The notes beneath the pieces are model-generated. The model was not told where the DNA came from, made no database searches, and worked only from the letters and a program-made list of their open reading frames with translations. Shown here in pieces: positions 27,774 to 37,708 of a stretch of 64,000 bases of DNA (positions are counted from its first letter, which is position 1; every line of letters begins with the position of its first letter). Source of the DNA: an uncultured Pelagibacteraceae bacterium (GTDB lineage Bacteria > Pseudomonadota > Alphaproteobacteria > Pelagibacterales > Pelagibacteraceae); the NCBI GenBank assembly GCA_902561465.1, contig CACEPH010000001.1, positions 19,448-83,447 of the forward strand, given 5' to 3'. The position numbers and the translations under genes are program-made.

Positions 27774-29320
27774 AATGAAATTTGTTTATCTTTATTTCTC
27801 ATTGCATAAAGAGATGAAAGATGTCTCGCAAAAAAATATGCACAAAATAAAGTAGTTAAAATGCCAATACCAAGTGTAACTGCAAACCCCTTAACTGGTC
27901 CTGAGCCTAAGAAGAAAAGTATTATAGCTGATATCAAAGTTGTTATATTTGCATCTAAAACGGCAGATTGAGCTTTCTTATAACCCGTATCAAAAGCATG
28001 TATTGTAGATTTTTCAATTTTTAATTCTTCTTTAATTCTCTCGAAAATAAGAACATTTGCATCCACAGCCATACCTACTGTCAAAATAATTCCGGCAATA
28101 CCGGGCAAAGTTAATGTTGCTTCTAAAATTGTTAAAATACCAATAAGAATTATTAAATTAAAAATTAATGCTAAATCTGCAATAATTCCTAAAATTCTAT
28201 ATTTATAAAGCATAAAGAGGATTACTAAAAAGAAACCTATAGCTAAGGATATTGCTCCAGCCTTAATTGAATCTTCTCCCAGATCAGGGCCAACGGTTCT
28301 TTCCTCAATAATTTTTAAAGGTGCTGGTAATGCTCCAGATCTAAGCAAAAGTGCAAGATCGGTAGCTGACTGAAATGTAAAATTTCCTGTAATCTGCCCA
28401 TTTCCTCCTAAAATAGGCTCATTAATGACTGGTGCACTAATAATTTTATTATCCAAAATTATAGCTAATCTCTTTCCAACATTATCAGTAGTAGCTCTAC
28501 CAAACTTTTTCGCTCCTACTCTGTCGAATGAAAAATTGACTAACGCTTGGTTAGATCTATTATCAAGAGCAGGCTTAGCATTAAGTAAATTATCTCCACT
28601 CACTATAACTCTCTTGCTTATGATTAATTCTTCACTAGAATTTTCGAATGACATTAACTCAGTACCAAATGCATCTTCATCAGAAACGAGTCTAAAAGTA
28701 AGATTTGCAGTTTTTCCTAGAAGTTCTTTAATTCTATTTGGGTCTTCTAAACCTGGTAGCTCAATTAAAATTCTATCATTTCCTCTCTTAACAATTGTAG
28801 GATCTTTAGTTCCAACTTCATCTATTCTTCTTCTAACAATTTCCAATGATTGATTAAGTGTAGAATTCATAACCTCAATTAAACCAAATTTTGTATATTC
28901 TATTCTAATATTATTTTGATTAATAAAATGTTCCATTTCATACGATCTGTATTGATTGTAGTAAATATTTATAAGGTTATCTTTATTTAAAAAATAATCT
29001 GTAAATTTTTCTATATCTTTTTTGTTTAAAGTAAAATTTATAGATTGATTATTTAAATTTAGATTTTGATATTTGATTTTATAATTTTTTAAATCTTTCC
29101 TAAGTTTCAAAACTTTTTGTTGCAAGTTTTGATCTATTACTGGTTTTGAATCAACTTCTAATAATAAATAAGAACCACCTTGAAGATCTAGACCAAGATT
29201 AACCTTTTTTGACAAAAGATAATTTTCCTTTTCATTGAAAAAATTCAGAAAAGCAAAAAATGATAAAATTATTATAATTATATAAATTGTAAATAATTTA
29301 ATTTTAGAAAAATATAACAC
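27770..29320 (-). CDS. secD: Protein translocase subunit SecD (GTG start)
   Basis: 516 aa with LGLDLQGG, GPDLGEDSI and AVDANVLIFERIKEE. The start codon at 29318-29320 is GTG. Confidence 0.9.
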   Translation of the reverse strand: MLYFSKIKLFTIYIIIIILSFFAFLNFFNEKENYLLSKKVNLGLDLQGGSYLLLEVDSKPVIDQNLQQKVLKLRKDLKNYKIKYQNLNLNNQSINFTLNKKDIEKFTDYFLNKDNLINIYYNQYRSYEMEHFINQNNIRIEYTKFGLIEVMNSTLNQSLEIVRRRIDEVGTKDPTIVKRGNDRILIELPGLEDPNRIKELLGKTANLTFRLVSDEDAFGTELMSFENSSEELIISKRVIVSGDNLLNAKPALDNRSNQALVNFSFDRVGAKKFGRATTDNVGKRLAIILDNKIISAPVINEPILGGNGQITGNFTFQSATDLALLLRSGALPAPLKIIEERTVGPDLGEDSIKAGAISLAIGFFLVILFMLYKYRILGIIADLALIFNLIILIGILTILEATLTLPGIAGIILTVGMAVDANVLIFERIKEELKIEKSTIHAFDTGYKKAQSAVLDANITTLISAIILFFLGSGPVKGFAVTLGIGILTTLFCAYFFARHLSSLYAMRNKDKQISL

Positions 29321-29329
29321 AAAATATTA

Positions 29330-29614
29330 TTACTTTTTTGTATTTTGATTTGTAAGCAAGCTTTGTACAGTTGATTTTATAACTTTAACGGTGACGTTAT
29401 CAGAAATTACTAAATCAATTTTATCATCTTCATGTACTTTTTCTATTTGGCCAACAATACCGCCAGATGTAACTACTTCGTCCCCTCTTTTTAATGACGT
29501 AACCATATTTTTATGTTCTTTAATTTTCTTTTGTTGAGGTCTGATTAAAAAGAAATAAAAAATAACAAAAATTAATATGAGTGGAATGAATTGTGCAAAA
29601 CCTGAACCTGACAT
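29330..29614 (-). CDS. yajC: Preprotein translocase subunit YajC
   Basis: 94 aa with a single TM plus FLIRPQQKK and L..GD.V.T.GG..G. It lies upstream of secDF. Confidence 0.85.
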   Translation of the reverse strand: MSGSGFAQFIPLILIFVIFYFFLIRPQQKKIKEHKNMVTSLKRGDEVVTSGGIVGQIEKVHEDDKIDLVISDNVTVKVIKSTVQSLLTNQNTKK

Positions 29615-29638
29615 ATAAAATCCTAAATTTGTACTATG

Positions 29639-29644
29639 ATTATA
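29639..29644 (-). promoter_or_regulatory. Candidate -10 box (TATAAT) of the yajC-secD-secF unit, with a conventional leader and SD
   Basis: The minus strand reads tagTATAATcatagtacaaatttAGGAttttatATG. It has a consensus -10, a leader of about 20 nt and an AGGA (29621-29624) 6 nt before the ATG. It serves as a contrast to the leaderless-type geometry seen elsewhere. Confidence 0.35.
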
Positions 29645-29668
29645 CTAAATAAAAAAAATAAACAATAT

Positions 29669-30922
29669 TTATCTAATGCGATCTTGATTAAACATATAAG
29701 GTCTAAGCACTTCTGGAATGATAATACTACCATCTTTTTGCTGGTAATTTTCCATAATAGCTATAAGCGTTCTTCCCACTGCTAGGCCAGAACCATTGAG
29801 GGTGCCCAAAAAGTCCGTCTCATTTTTATTATTCTTAAATTTTGCTTTCATCCTTCTAGATTGAAATTGACCGCAAGAAGAACAACTTGAAATCTCTCTG
29901 TACTTTTCTTCGGAAGGTATCCAAACTTCTAAATCATATGTCTTCTCAGCGCTAAACCCCATATCACCACTTGATAACAAAACTACTCGGTAAGGAAGTT
30001 TAAGTTTTTTTAAAATTGTTTGGGCACAATTTGTCATTCTTTCCAATTCATCCAGATTATTTTTTGGGTCAACAATACTAACTAGTTCAACTTTATAAAA
30101 TTGATGTTGCCTGATCATTCCTTTAGTGTCTTTTCCATAACTGCCTGCTTCTTTTCTAAAACATGCTGTTGATGCTACAAATCTCATGGGCAGATCTTCT
30201 TTTTTTACAAAAGAGTCTCTAACAATATTTGTCAAAATTACTTCAGCGGTAGGAATTAAAAATTTTCTTGATTTTTCATCATCCACTTTTAATTCAAATT
30301 GATCACTCTCAAATTTAGGTAGCTGACCAGTACCAAACATAGTTTCGTCATTAACAATAAGGGGTGGTGATATTTCAAGATAACCAAATTCTTTTGTATG
30401 TACATCTAACATAAAATTTGAAATTGCTCTTTCTAATAATGCTAGCTGATTTTTTAAAAAAACAAATCTAGCTCCAGATGTTTTAGAAGCTACATCAAAA
30501 TCCATTTGTCCTATTTTTTTACCTATCTCATCGTGACTAAGAGGTTTAAAATTAAATTTTTTAATATCTCCTATTTTTTTAACTTCTTTATTTTGGCTTT
30601 CATCAATACCTGCCGGAACATCATCTAATGCTATATTTGGCAATGAACTAATAATTGAATCAATTTGTTTTTTTATTTTTGATTGTTCTAAGATTAATTT
30701 ATCTATTTCTAAAGATATATCTTTTGATTTTTTAAAAAGTTCTTTGTCTTTTTTTTGTGAAATAATTTTTTTTTCTTGTTCAAGTTTTTCTTTATTTTGG
30801 ATTAAGTCTCTATTTTTTTTATCTAATGATAGTAAATTTTTTATATTTATTTTGGTATTTCTTTCAGAAATTTTTTTTACAAAATAATCTGGTTCTTTTC
30901 TAATTAATTTAATATCAAGCAT
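29669..30922 (-). CDS. serS: Seryl-tRNA synthetase
   Basis: Coiled-coil N-terminal arm plus class II motifs (FRKEAGSYGKDTKGMIRQHQF, GSGLAVGRTL). I start at ATG MLDIKLIRK (30920-30922). The track's extra 6 codons begin at a TTG. Confidence 0.93.
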   Translation of the reverse strand: MLDIKLIRKEPDYFVKKISERNTKINIKNLLSLDKKNRDLIQNKEKLEQEKKIISQKKDKELFKKSKDISLEIDKLILEQSKIKKQIDSIISSLPNIALDDVPAGIDESQNKEVKKIGDIKKFNFKPLSHDEIGKKIGQMDFDVASKTSGARFVFLKNQLALLERAISNFMLDVHTKEFGYLEISPPLIVNDETMFGTGQLPKFESDQFELKVDDEKSRKFLIPTAEVILTNIVRDSFVKKEDLPMRFVASTACFRKEAGSYGKDTKGMIRQHQFYKVELVSIVDPKNNLDELERMTNCAQTILKKLKLPYRVVLLSSGDMGFSAEKTYDLEVWIPSEEKYREISSCSSCGQFQSRRMKAKFKNNKNETDFLGTLNGSGLAVGRTLIAIMENYQQKDGSIIIPEVLRPYMFNQDRIR

Positions 30923-31694
30923 CTTTTTTCTTTTTTTCAATTAGACGTACAGATAATATAGATAATTCATAAAGAATTAATAGTGGAATTCCCAAACCAA
31001 TTTGAGTTATTGGATCCGGTGGTGTTAATATTGCTGCTACAGCAAAAATCAATACAATTACATACTTTCTTCTTTTCTTAAGATATTCGGAATCGACAAA
31101 ACCTACCCTGGCAAGAAGACTTAACAAAACAGGCAATTGAAAACTAATTCCAAAAGCAAAAATCAATCTCATTATTAGTGATAAATATTCATTTACCTTA
31201 GCCTCCAATTGTATTGGTAAACTATTAAGATTAGCTGGTGTTTCAAAACTTAAGAAAAATTTAATAGCTAATGGCATTATTAAATAATATACCAACATGC
31301 CACCCAATAAAAATAATGTTGGAGTTGCTACTAAATATGGCAGTAGAGCTTTTTTTTCATTCTTATATAAACCTGGTGCTATAAATTTCCATACTTGAGT
31401 TAATATAATTGGACTTGAGATGAACATGGCTGCAAAAAAAGCTACCTTTAAATATGTTATAAATGTTTCATGTAAAGCAGTAAATATCATCCTTCTGTCA
31501 CTGCCATCATCTTTGACAGCATCAGCATACGGTGCTACTAAAAAACTATATATATTTTCTGAAAAAATATAACATAAAATAAAAAAAATAAACAAAAAGG
31601 CAAGTGATCGTAAAAGTCTTGATCTTAGTTCAGCAAGATGTTCAACAAAACTCGATTGATTATTTTTTTCATCATTCATCTTTTTTTTTATCAT
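30915..31694 (-). CDS. tatC: Twin-arginine translocase subunit TatC
   Basis: HLAELRSRL, six TM segments and the TPPDP motif. An alternative ATG at 31679 would give an 8-nt overlap with tatB instead of 23 nt. Confidence 0.9.
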   Translation of the reverse strand: MIKKKMNDEKNNQSSFVEHLAELRSRLLRSLAFLFIFFILCYIFSENIYSFLVAPYADAVKDDGSDRRMIFTALHETFITYLKVAFFAAMFISSPIILTQVWKFIAPGLYKNEKKALLPYLVATPTLFLLGGMLVYYLIMPLAIKFFLSFETPANLNSLPIQLEAKVNEYLSLIMRLIFAFGISFQLPVLLSLLARVGFVDSEYLKKRRKYVIVLIFAVAAILTPPDPITQIGLGIPLLILYELSILSVRLIEKKKKDA

Positions 31695-31905
31695 CTATAT
31701 TTGAAGAATCTTTTTCTTGATAAATATTATCATTAGCAACATTTTTTATGTCAGATATATCTTTTTGTATCTCAGAAAAATAATTTTTGAACGAACCGAC
31801 CCATGAACCAATTTTTTTAACCATTATAGGAAAATCTTTTGGTCCTATAATTAATATAGCTAAAACCACAATAATTAGTATTTCAAACCATCCAATTTGT
31901 GGCAT
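31672..31905 (-). CDS. tatB: Twin-arginine translocase subunit TatB (short, 77 aa)
   Basis: N-terminal TM-hinge-amphipathic helix FEILIIVVLAILIIGPKDFP. It lies between tatA and tatC. Confidence 0.7.
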   Translation of the reverse strand: MPQIGWFEILIIVVLAILIIGPKDFPIMVKKIGSWVGSFKNYFSEIQKDISDIKNVANDNIYQEKDSSNIDDKKKDE

Positions 31906-31911
31906 GTTAAA

Positions 31912-32118
31912 TTATTTTTTGTCTAAATTTGAATCTTCGTTAGATTTGTCTTCAGATGATGAAGAATCTCCTTGATCTTGAGAAGGATCTTTCATTCCTT
32001 TTTTAAAACTTTTTATACCTTTAGCAACATCTCCCATTAAATCAGATATCTTGCCTCTTCCAAACAGAAGAACCACCAAAACAACAACTATTGCTATTTG
32101 CCAAAAACCTATGCTCAT
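31912..32118 (-). CDS. tatA: Twin-arginine translocase subunit TatA
   Basis: [34 protein letters not shown] is the TatA/E signature. It has an acidic Ser-rich tail. Confidence 0.8.
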   Translation of the reverse strand: MSIGFWQIAIVVVLVVLLFGRGKISDLMGDVAKGIKSFKKGMKDPSQDQGDSSSSEDKSNEDSNLDKK

Positions 32119-32169
32119 AATTAAGTTATATACAATTTTTTAAATTTATTAAAGGTATCATTTAATATT

Positions 32170-32859
32170 CTAATCTTCTTCAGATTTTAGAGTATTGCTT
32201 AACATATCATCTATATTTGAATAGATATTCTCTTTTTTTGCATCCAATTGTTCTTTATAAAATTTTCCAGTACCAAAAATAGATGTGTCTATATTTGCAT
32301 TATCTATTAATCCAGCTGAAGTCAGTTCTTCAATGTTAGGTAAGTCAGATAATTTTTGAAGATTAAAATGACTTAAAAAATCATCAGTAGTAGAATATTG
32401 AATTGGTTTACCTGGTACGTTTTTTCTACCAGCAGGTCTTACCCAATTTAGTTCTAACAATATTTCCAAAGTACCAGTAGCAAAAGCAACTCCTCGGATT
32501 TCTTCAATTTCAGACCTGGTAACAGGTTGATGATAAACAATAATTGATAAAGTTTCTATTGCAGCTTTAGACAATTTTTTTTTAGTGAAAGTTTGTAAAT
32601 TCATAAATTTAGATAGATTAGAAGCTGTTCTAAAAGACCATTTTTTTGCTATGCAAACTAAATTTATTCCTCGATTTTTATATTGATTTTCAAGAGATGT
32701 TAAAATTTTATCTATATTTGTTCTTGTTTTTAATTTTTCTTGAATACTTTCTATATCAAGGGGTTCTTCTGCAGCAAAAAGAATAGCTTCGACTTGTCTT
32801 TCTAACTGACCTACAGTATTAGGAAATTTTAATATTTTCAAATCACTTTTTTTTTTCAT
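32170..32859 (-). CDS. scpB: Segregation and condensation protein B
   Basis: LERQVEAILFAAEEPL, ETLSIIVYHQPVTRSEIEEIRGV and TTDDFLSHFNL. Confidence 0.88.
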   Translation of the reverse strand: MKKKSDLKILKFPNTVGQLERQVEAILFAAEEPLDIESIQEKLKTRTNIDKILTSLENQYKNRGINLVCIAKKWSFRTASNLSKFMNLQTFTKKKLSKAAIETLSIIVYHQPVTRSEIEEIRGVAFATGTLEILLELNWVRPAGRKNVPGKPIQYSTTDDFLSHFNLQKLSDLPNIEELTSAGLIDNANIDTSIFGTGKFYKEQLDAKKENIYSNIDDMLSNTLKSEED

Positions 32860-33596
32860 TTTTTTTCTTTAATCAATAGTTTGTCAAAGTTTTTCTTTTG
32901 CATAAGAGAAATTATACCTTCTTTGGAAAGTTCAAGTGAAGCAGCAAAGATTCCAGCTAAACCTGTTTTTTTTAATTTATCAGATCTCTTAAATTTACTA
33001 GGAATAAATTCAGATATATCTTTCCAACTACCTAATTTTTTAATATTTAACTTTATCATTTCTATACCTTGTTCTGTGGTAAAAACAGGAAGTTTGGGTA
33101 TATTTATAGATAAAAAATTTTTTTTCATAATATGATTAGAGTACGATTTTAATAATTCAAATAAGGTAACAGAATAATTTGAGTTTGATGTTGTTCTAAT
33201 ACCTCCTTTCATACCTCTCATATATATATCAACACCTAATCTTTTTTTTTTAAGCAGCTGATCAGAAAATAATCTTATTAATTCTAATTTTTTTAATTGA
33301 AGCTTTAGTTTTTCAGCTACCTCTGAAGCTTTAAAATCATCTTCATCATCTTCAGGTAACAAGAGTTTTGATTTTAGATAAGCTAGCCAAGTTGCCATTA
33401 ACAAATACTCAGAAGCTAAATCAAGATTGATTTTTTTAGCCTTATTAATAAATTCGATAAACTGATCAGCCAACTGAGTGATGGAAATTTCTGCTAAATC
33501 AACTTTTTGAGATTTAGCAAGATCTAAAAGAACTTCGAGAGGCCCGGAATAATTATCTATATTTATTTTTAATGAATCGTTATTAGTAAATTCCAT
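32856..33596 (-). CDS. scpA: Segregation and condensation protein A
   Basis: YSGPLEVLLDLAKSQKVDLAEISI..LADQF and the LPED motif. ATGA overlap with scpB. Confidence 0.88.
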   Translation of the reverse strand: MEFTNNDSLKINIDNYSGPLEVLLDLAKSQKVDLAEISITQLADQFIEFINKAKKINLDLASEYLLMATWLAYLKSKLLLPEDDEDDFKASEVAEKLKLQLKKLELIRLFSDQLLKKKRLGVDIYMRGMKGGIRTTSNSNYSVTLFELLKSYSNHIMKKNFLSINIPKLPVFTTEQGIEMIKLNIKKLGSWKDISEFIPSKFKRSDKLKKTGLAGIFAASLELSKEGIISLMQKKNFDKLLIKEKK

Positions 33597-33606
33597 ATAA
33601 TTTATT

Positions 33607-34554
33607 TTAACCTAAAAAATTATAGAAATCCGATGTTTTTTTTTCAGTAAATTTATCAATTTTAGGTACAACTTTTGCTATTTTAATCATTTCTTTTATA
33701 TTGCCATTACAATGTAACACCAAATTGCAGCCTGCCTTTAAAGCTTTTATAGCATTTTCTTCCAAACTAAATTTTAGTGATTTCATTGATATATCGTCCG
33801 AGATTAATACTCCTTTAAACTTTATATATTTACGAATAATTTTATTAATAATTATTTTTGAATGTGTTGCAGTATTAATTGGATCGTACATTTTATAAAT
33901 TACATGTGCAGTCATAGCAAATGCTGATTTACAAAACTTAAAAGGCACGAAATCTTTTTTAATTAATTCACTTTTTTTTGCTTTAATTACTGGTGTTCTG
34001 TAATGACTATCAGATTTAGACAAACCATGACCAGGTATATGTTTAATGATATTTGCTATCTTGTTTTTTTTGTAAAAATTTATACAGATATTTCCTAATT
34101 TTAAAACATTTTTTGTGTATACAGAGAAAGAACGACTTCCAATAATTTTATGAGCATTTTTTCTTCTGATATCTAAAACTGGAGCAGCGTTAATATTAAT
34201 TCCGGTTGATTTTAATATATTTGAAACCGAATCTATATAAACCTTATAATAAGATAAAAATAATTTTTTATCCTTAAGGTAGAGTTTTTCAAAATAACTT
34301 TGTGAATAGATGCTTAGGTCAATTATTTTATTTAATCTAGAGACTTTTCCTCCTTCAACATCCATCAGGATTGGATAATTTTTTTGGTTGAAGATACTTT
34401 TGATATCATTAGTTAATTTCTTTAATTGAAAGATATTTTTAACGTTTCTTGAAAATAGTATAATTCCCCAAGGCTTTGTTTTCCTTAGAAAAGATCTTTC
34501 AATTTTAGATAATTTATATCCTTTAATTCCAAAAATTATTGCTTTTCTATTCAT
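33607..34554 (-). CDS. nagZ: Beta-N-acetylhexosaminidase NagZ (GH3)
   Basis: ILMDVEGG and KHIPGHG...DSH motifs. I start at ATG MNRKAIIFG (34552-34554), giving an 8-nt overlap with the upstream small ORF. The track's longer form would overlap by 74 nt. Confidence 0.85.
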   Translation of the reverse strand: MNRKAIIFGIKGYKLSKIERSFLRKTKPWGIILFSRNVKNIFQLKKLTNDIKSIFNQKNYPILMDVEGGKVSRLNKIIDLSIYSQSYFEKLYLKDKKLFLSYYKVYIDSVSNILKSTGININAAPVLDIRRKNAHKIIGSRSFSVYTKNVLKLGNICINFYKKNKIANIIKHIPGHGLSKSDSHYRTPVIKAKKSELIKKDFVPFKFCKSAFAMTAHVIYKMYDPINTATHSKIIINKIIRKYIKFKGVLISDDISMKSLKFSLEENAIKALKAGCNLVLHCNGNIKEMIKIAKVVPKIDKFTEKKTSDFYNFLG

Positions 34555-34810
34555 CTTTGTCTGTAAGTAATTTTTCCCAAAATCGTTTTTTTCTCTTTTT
34601 TTTAAATTCTTCCAAATCATTTTTATAAATGATTATATTGGCAGTATCATTTTTTAATACTGTTAATGAATCAATTCCATCTAGAGTATAGGAGGTTCTA
34701 GATTTATTGGTAAAAATAATATTTTTATCAGATATGTAGTGTTTAGTAACTAAAAATATAAACATGAAAAAAATTGTTACAAAAAGTATATTTTTTATTT
34801 TTTTGATCAT
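34547..34810 (-). CDS. Hypothetical small membrane-anchored protein (87 aa)
   Basis: One N-terminal TM (ILFVTIFFMFIFLVT) and a basic C-terminus. It is translationally coupled on both sides (TAATG with argS, 8 nt with nagZ). I recognise no family. Confidence 0.4.
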   Translation of the reverse strand: MIKKIKNILFVTIFFMFIFLVTKHYISDKNIIFTNKSRTSYTLDGIDSLTVLKNDTANIIIYKNDLEEFKKKRKKRFWEKLLTDKDE

Positions 34811-36525
34811 TACATAATTTTAGGTGTAGATACACCTAATATCGTCATTGCATTTCTTATAACTATAGATAGAGCCTGCAAGAGAACAAGTCTGGAATTA
34901 TTCAAATTAACAGAAACAAATCTAAATTCTTTATTATCTTTTCCAAGATTCCAATAAGAGTGAAATAAAGTAACTAATTCATATAAATAAAATGGAATTC
35001 TATGAGGCTCAAGTTTATTTAAAGATATTTCTAAACATTTTGGCCATTCTGAGATCTTTTTTAAGATTGTCATCTCATGTTCATTAAGATTGAAACTTTT
35101 TATTTTTATTTTTTTATTAAGATCTATTTTTAGTAATCTAAAAATTGAATTTATTCGTGCATATGCATACTGAACATAAAATACTGGGTTATCTTTAGAT
35201 TTTTCAGTAACTTTTTTAAAATCAAAATCTAAATCTACATCATTACTTCTGCTCAACATCATGAATCTAACTGAGTCTTTGCCGACTTCTTTTATTAAAT
35301 CTTCAACAGTAATATAATCGCCACTTCTTTTTGACATTTTAAAAGGTTCGCCATCCTTGTATAATTTTACTAGTTGAGAAACTTTACAAATTAAATTTAC
35401 TTTATTATTAGAAATTGCCTTTGTTGCTGAGACAATTCTTTTTATATATCCCGCATGATCCGCTCCAAGAATATTTATTAATATATCAAATTTTCTAGAA
35501 ATCTTATGAGAATGATAAGCCATGTCGGCAGCAAAATAAGTCCACGATCCATCAACCTTCTGTAAAGGTCTATCAGTATCATCTCCGAATGCCGTAGATT
35601 TAAATAATAATTGTTTTCTAATTTTCCAATCTATAGTTTTTTCTCCTTTTGGAGCAGTTAATTCACCCTTATAAACATAATTTTTTTTTTCAAGATTTTG
35701 AACTGTTTTTAAAACCATTTTGTCTTTAATAAGTTTGGACTCATATACAAAATTATTATGTTTAATTCCTAATAAATTTAAATTATTTTGAATTAATTCC
35801 ATAGAATATTTTAAAGATTCCGTAGATAATTTTTTATAAATTTTATCAAAATTATTAAAATTTTTAATTGATTTTTTTTTAATTATCTTTTTTGCTATTT
35901 GGATAACATAATCACCAGGATATAAATCAATAGTTTTTGGAAATTCTTTTTTTTTCTTAATTTCTAAAATTCTGTAATAGACTGAAGTAACAAAATTCTT
36001 GATTTGACCACCATGATCATTAACGTAATATTCACGTGTCACTTTCTGTCCATTAAAACTAAGAATATTTGATAGAGCATCACCTAGAACAGCTCCACGA
36101 CAGTGCCCAACATGGAGAGGTCCAGTAGGATTTGCTGAGACAAATTCTATGTTATATTTTTTTTTTACTGTTTTATTTGAACCATATTTTTTATTAAGTT
36201 TGATTACTTGAGATAGGTGATTTAGCCAAAATGAATTATCAAAAAAAATATTTAAAAAACCTGGTCCAGATACATCTATACTTTTAAATTCTTTAAAGTT
36301 TTTTGATAAATGTGTTTTTAAAACCTCTGCAAATTCTAAAGGAGTTTTGTTATTAAATTTAGCTAAAAGCATCGCGGCATTACATGAAATATCTCCTTTT
36401 TGATTTTTTGGGGGCAATTCAACAGTAATACTTTTAAAATTTTCAGGAATTTTTAATATTTTTTTCTTATTTAAAATTTTTAAAAAATTAAATATTTTTT
36501 TTTTATAGTCTAAAAATAAATTCAT
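34810..36525 (-). CDS. argS: Arginyl-tRNA synthetase
   Basis: 571 aa with the class I motif SANPTGPLHVGH and the KMSKR-type loop FKMSKRSG. Confidence 0.95.
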   Translation of the reverse strand: MNLFLDYKKKIFNFLKILNKKKILKIPENFKSITVELPPKNQKGDISCNAAMLLAKFNNKTPLEFAEVLKTHLSKNFKEFKSIDVSGPGFLNIFFDNSFWLNHLSQVIKLNKKYGSNKTVKKKYNIEFVSANPTGPLHVGHCRGAVLGDALSNILSFNGQKVTREYYVNDHGGQIKNFVTSVYYRILEIKKKKEFPKTIDLYPGDYVIQIAKKIIKKKSIKNFNNFDKIYKKLSTESLKYSMELIQNNLNLLGIKHNNFVYESKLIKDKMVLKTVQNLEKKNYVYKGELTAPKGEKTIDWKIRKQLLFKSTAFGDDTDRPLQKVDGSWTYFAADMAYHSHKISRKFDILINILGADHAGYIKRIVSATKAISNNKVNLICKVSQLVKLYKDGEPFKMSKRSGDYITVEDLIKEVGKDSVRFMMLSRSNDVDLDFDFKKVTEKSKDNPVFYVQYAYARINSIFRLLKIDLNKKIKIKSFNLNEHEMTILKKISEWPKCLEISLNKLEPHRIPFYLYELVTLFHSYWNLGKDNKEFRFVSVNLNNSRLVLLQALSIVIRNAMTILGVSTPKIM

Positions 36526-37667
36526 TTTATATTATTGTATAAATTAATTGCATACCTGTCTGTCATACCAGCAATGAAGTCAGCCACAATTCTTTCTTTA
36601 TTTCCACTTAAAAATAATTCTTTAGTAATATACTTTTTAGGGTTTTTTAACAGATATTTAAACAAACCCTTAATTATTTTTTTACCTTTAATAGTATTTA
36701 CTATTACTTTTTTATGATTATACATATTATGTTTTAAAAAATCTTTTATATGTCTATCTATATTTTTCATTTTGTTCGAAAAATCAACTATCATATTTTT
36801 TTGTTTATAAATATCATCAATGGAATGCGGATTACTTTTCTTTAAATTTTTATTGGTAGTATTAATGACATCAATTACCATTAAATTTATTAAATCTCTT
36901 ATAATTTGACCTATAATTATTTCTTTTCTATATTTTTTAATATTCTTCAAATGTTTGTCTATTAATTTAGATATGAAAGGTATCGAACTAATTTCTTCAA
37001 TTGTAAATAATCCAGCTCTTAATCCATCCTCTAAATCATGGTTATTATAAGCTATATCATCTGATATTGCTGCAACTTGCGCTTCCATTGATGAAGGTCT
37101 ATTAAAAAAAATCTTATTAGAAAAAATATTTTTACCCAAAATTTTCTTAAATGAAGAATCATCTTTTACTGGACCATTATGTTTAATAAGGCCATCTAAT
37201 GTTTCTATAGTAAGATTTAATCCTTTAAATTTATAATATTTATTTTCTAATAAAGTTACTATTCTCAATGTTTGTATATTATGATCAAATCCTCCATTTT
37301 TTTTCATACACTCTCGTAAAATTTCCTCTCCTGCATGGCCAAATGGTGTGTGACCAAGATCGTGTGATAAACTTAAAGTTTCACTTAAATCTTCATTTAA
37401 ACCTAAAGTTCTTGCCAAAGTTCTGGCAATTTGAGAAACCTCCATTGAGTGTGTGAGTCGAGTTCTATAATGATCACCTTCAGTATTCACAAAAACTTGC
37501 GTTTTGTGCTTGAGTCTTCTAAACGATGAAGAGTGTATTATTCTATCTCTATCTCTCTGGTAAGGAGATCTAATAGAATTTTCAGGTTCTTTGTAAATTC
37601 TTCCCTTACTATTAATGGACTTTATAGCATATGGTTTTAAATGATCTTCTTTATAATTTTTTTGCAT
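36522..37667 (-). CDS. dgt: dGTPase-like triphosphohydrolase (HD domain)
   Basis: RDRDRIIHSSSFRRL..KTQVF, RLTHSMEV, HDLGHTPFGH and DDIAYNNHDLEDG. Confidence 0.88.
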   Translation of the reverse strand: MQKNYKEDHLKPYAIKSINSKGRIYKEPENSIRSPYQRDRDRIIHSSSFRRLKHKTQVFVNTEGDHYRTRLTHSMEVSQIARTLARTLGLNEDLSETLSLSHDLGHTPFGHAGEEILRECMKKNGGFDHNIQTLRIVTLLENKYYKFKGLNLTIETLDGLIKHNGPVKDDSSFKKILGKNIFSNKIFFNRPSSMEAQVAAISDDIAYNNHDLEDGLRAGLFTIEEISSIPFISKLIDKHLKNIKKYRKEIIIGQIIRDLINLMVIDVINTTNKNLKKSNPHSIDDIYKQKNMIVDFSNKMKNIDRHIKDFLKHNMYNHKKVIVNTIKGKKIIKGLFKYLLKNPKKYITKELFLSGNKERIVADFIAGMTDRYAINLYNNIK

Positions 37668-37708
37668 AATTTAATTAAGATGATTATATTACAATAAACT
37701 GGGTATAA

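Noticed and set aside
28425-28853. 142-aa plus-strand ORF
   Set aside because: It is antisense inside secD. Its Ser/Leu/Ile-rich composition is typical of the reverse frame of an AT-rich gene, and there is no promoter or start context.
30923-30940. N-terminal extensions offered by the ORF track at non-ATG codons (serS 30940, gatA 58407, gatB 56956, tmk 5254, GT-C 8897, pyrB 59209, xthA 37996, nagZ 34620)
   Set aside because: In each case an in-frame ATG a few codons downstream gives a canonical protein N-terminus and a stereotyped 1- or 8-nt junction with the upstream gene. The extensions start at TTG or GTG, or lie inside the neighbouring gene.
35681-35690. Homopolymer runs (T10 here in argS; many A/T runs of 8-10 elsewhere) as phase-variation switches
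   Set aside because: They are in-frame Lys/Phe codon runs inside essential housekeeping genes of a very AT-rich genome. This is a compositional effect rather than contingency loci.
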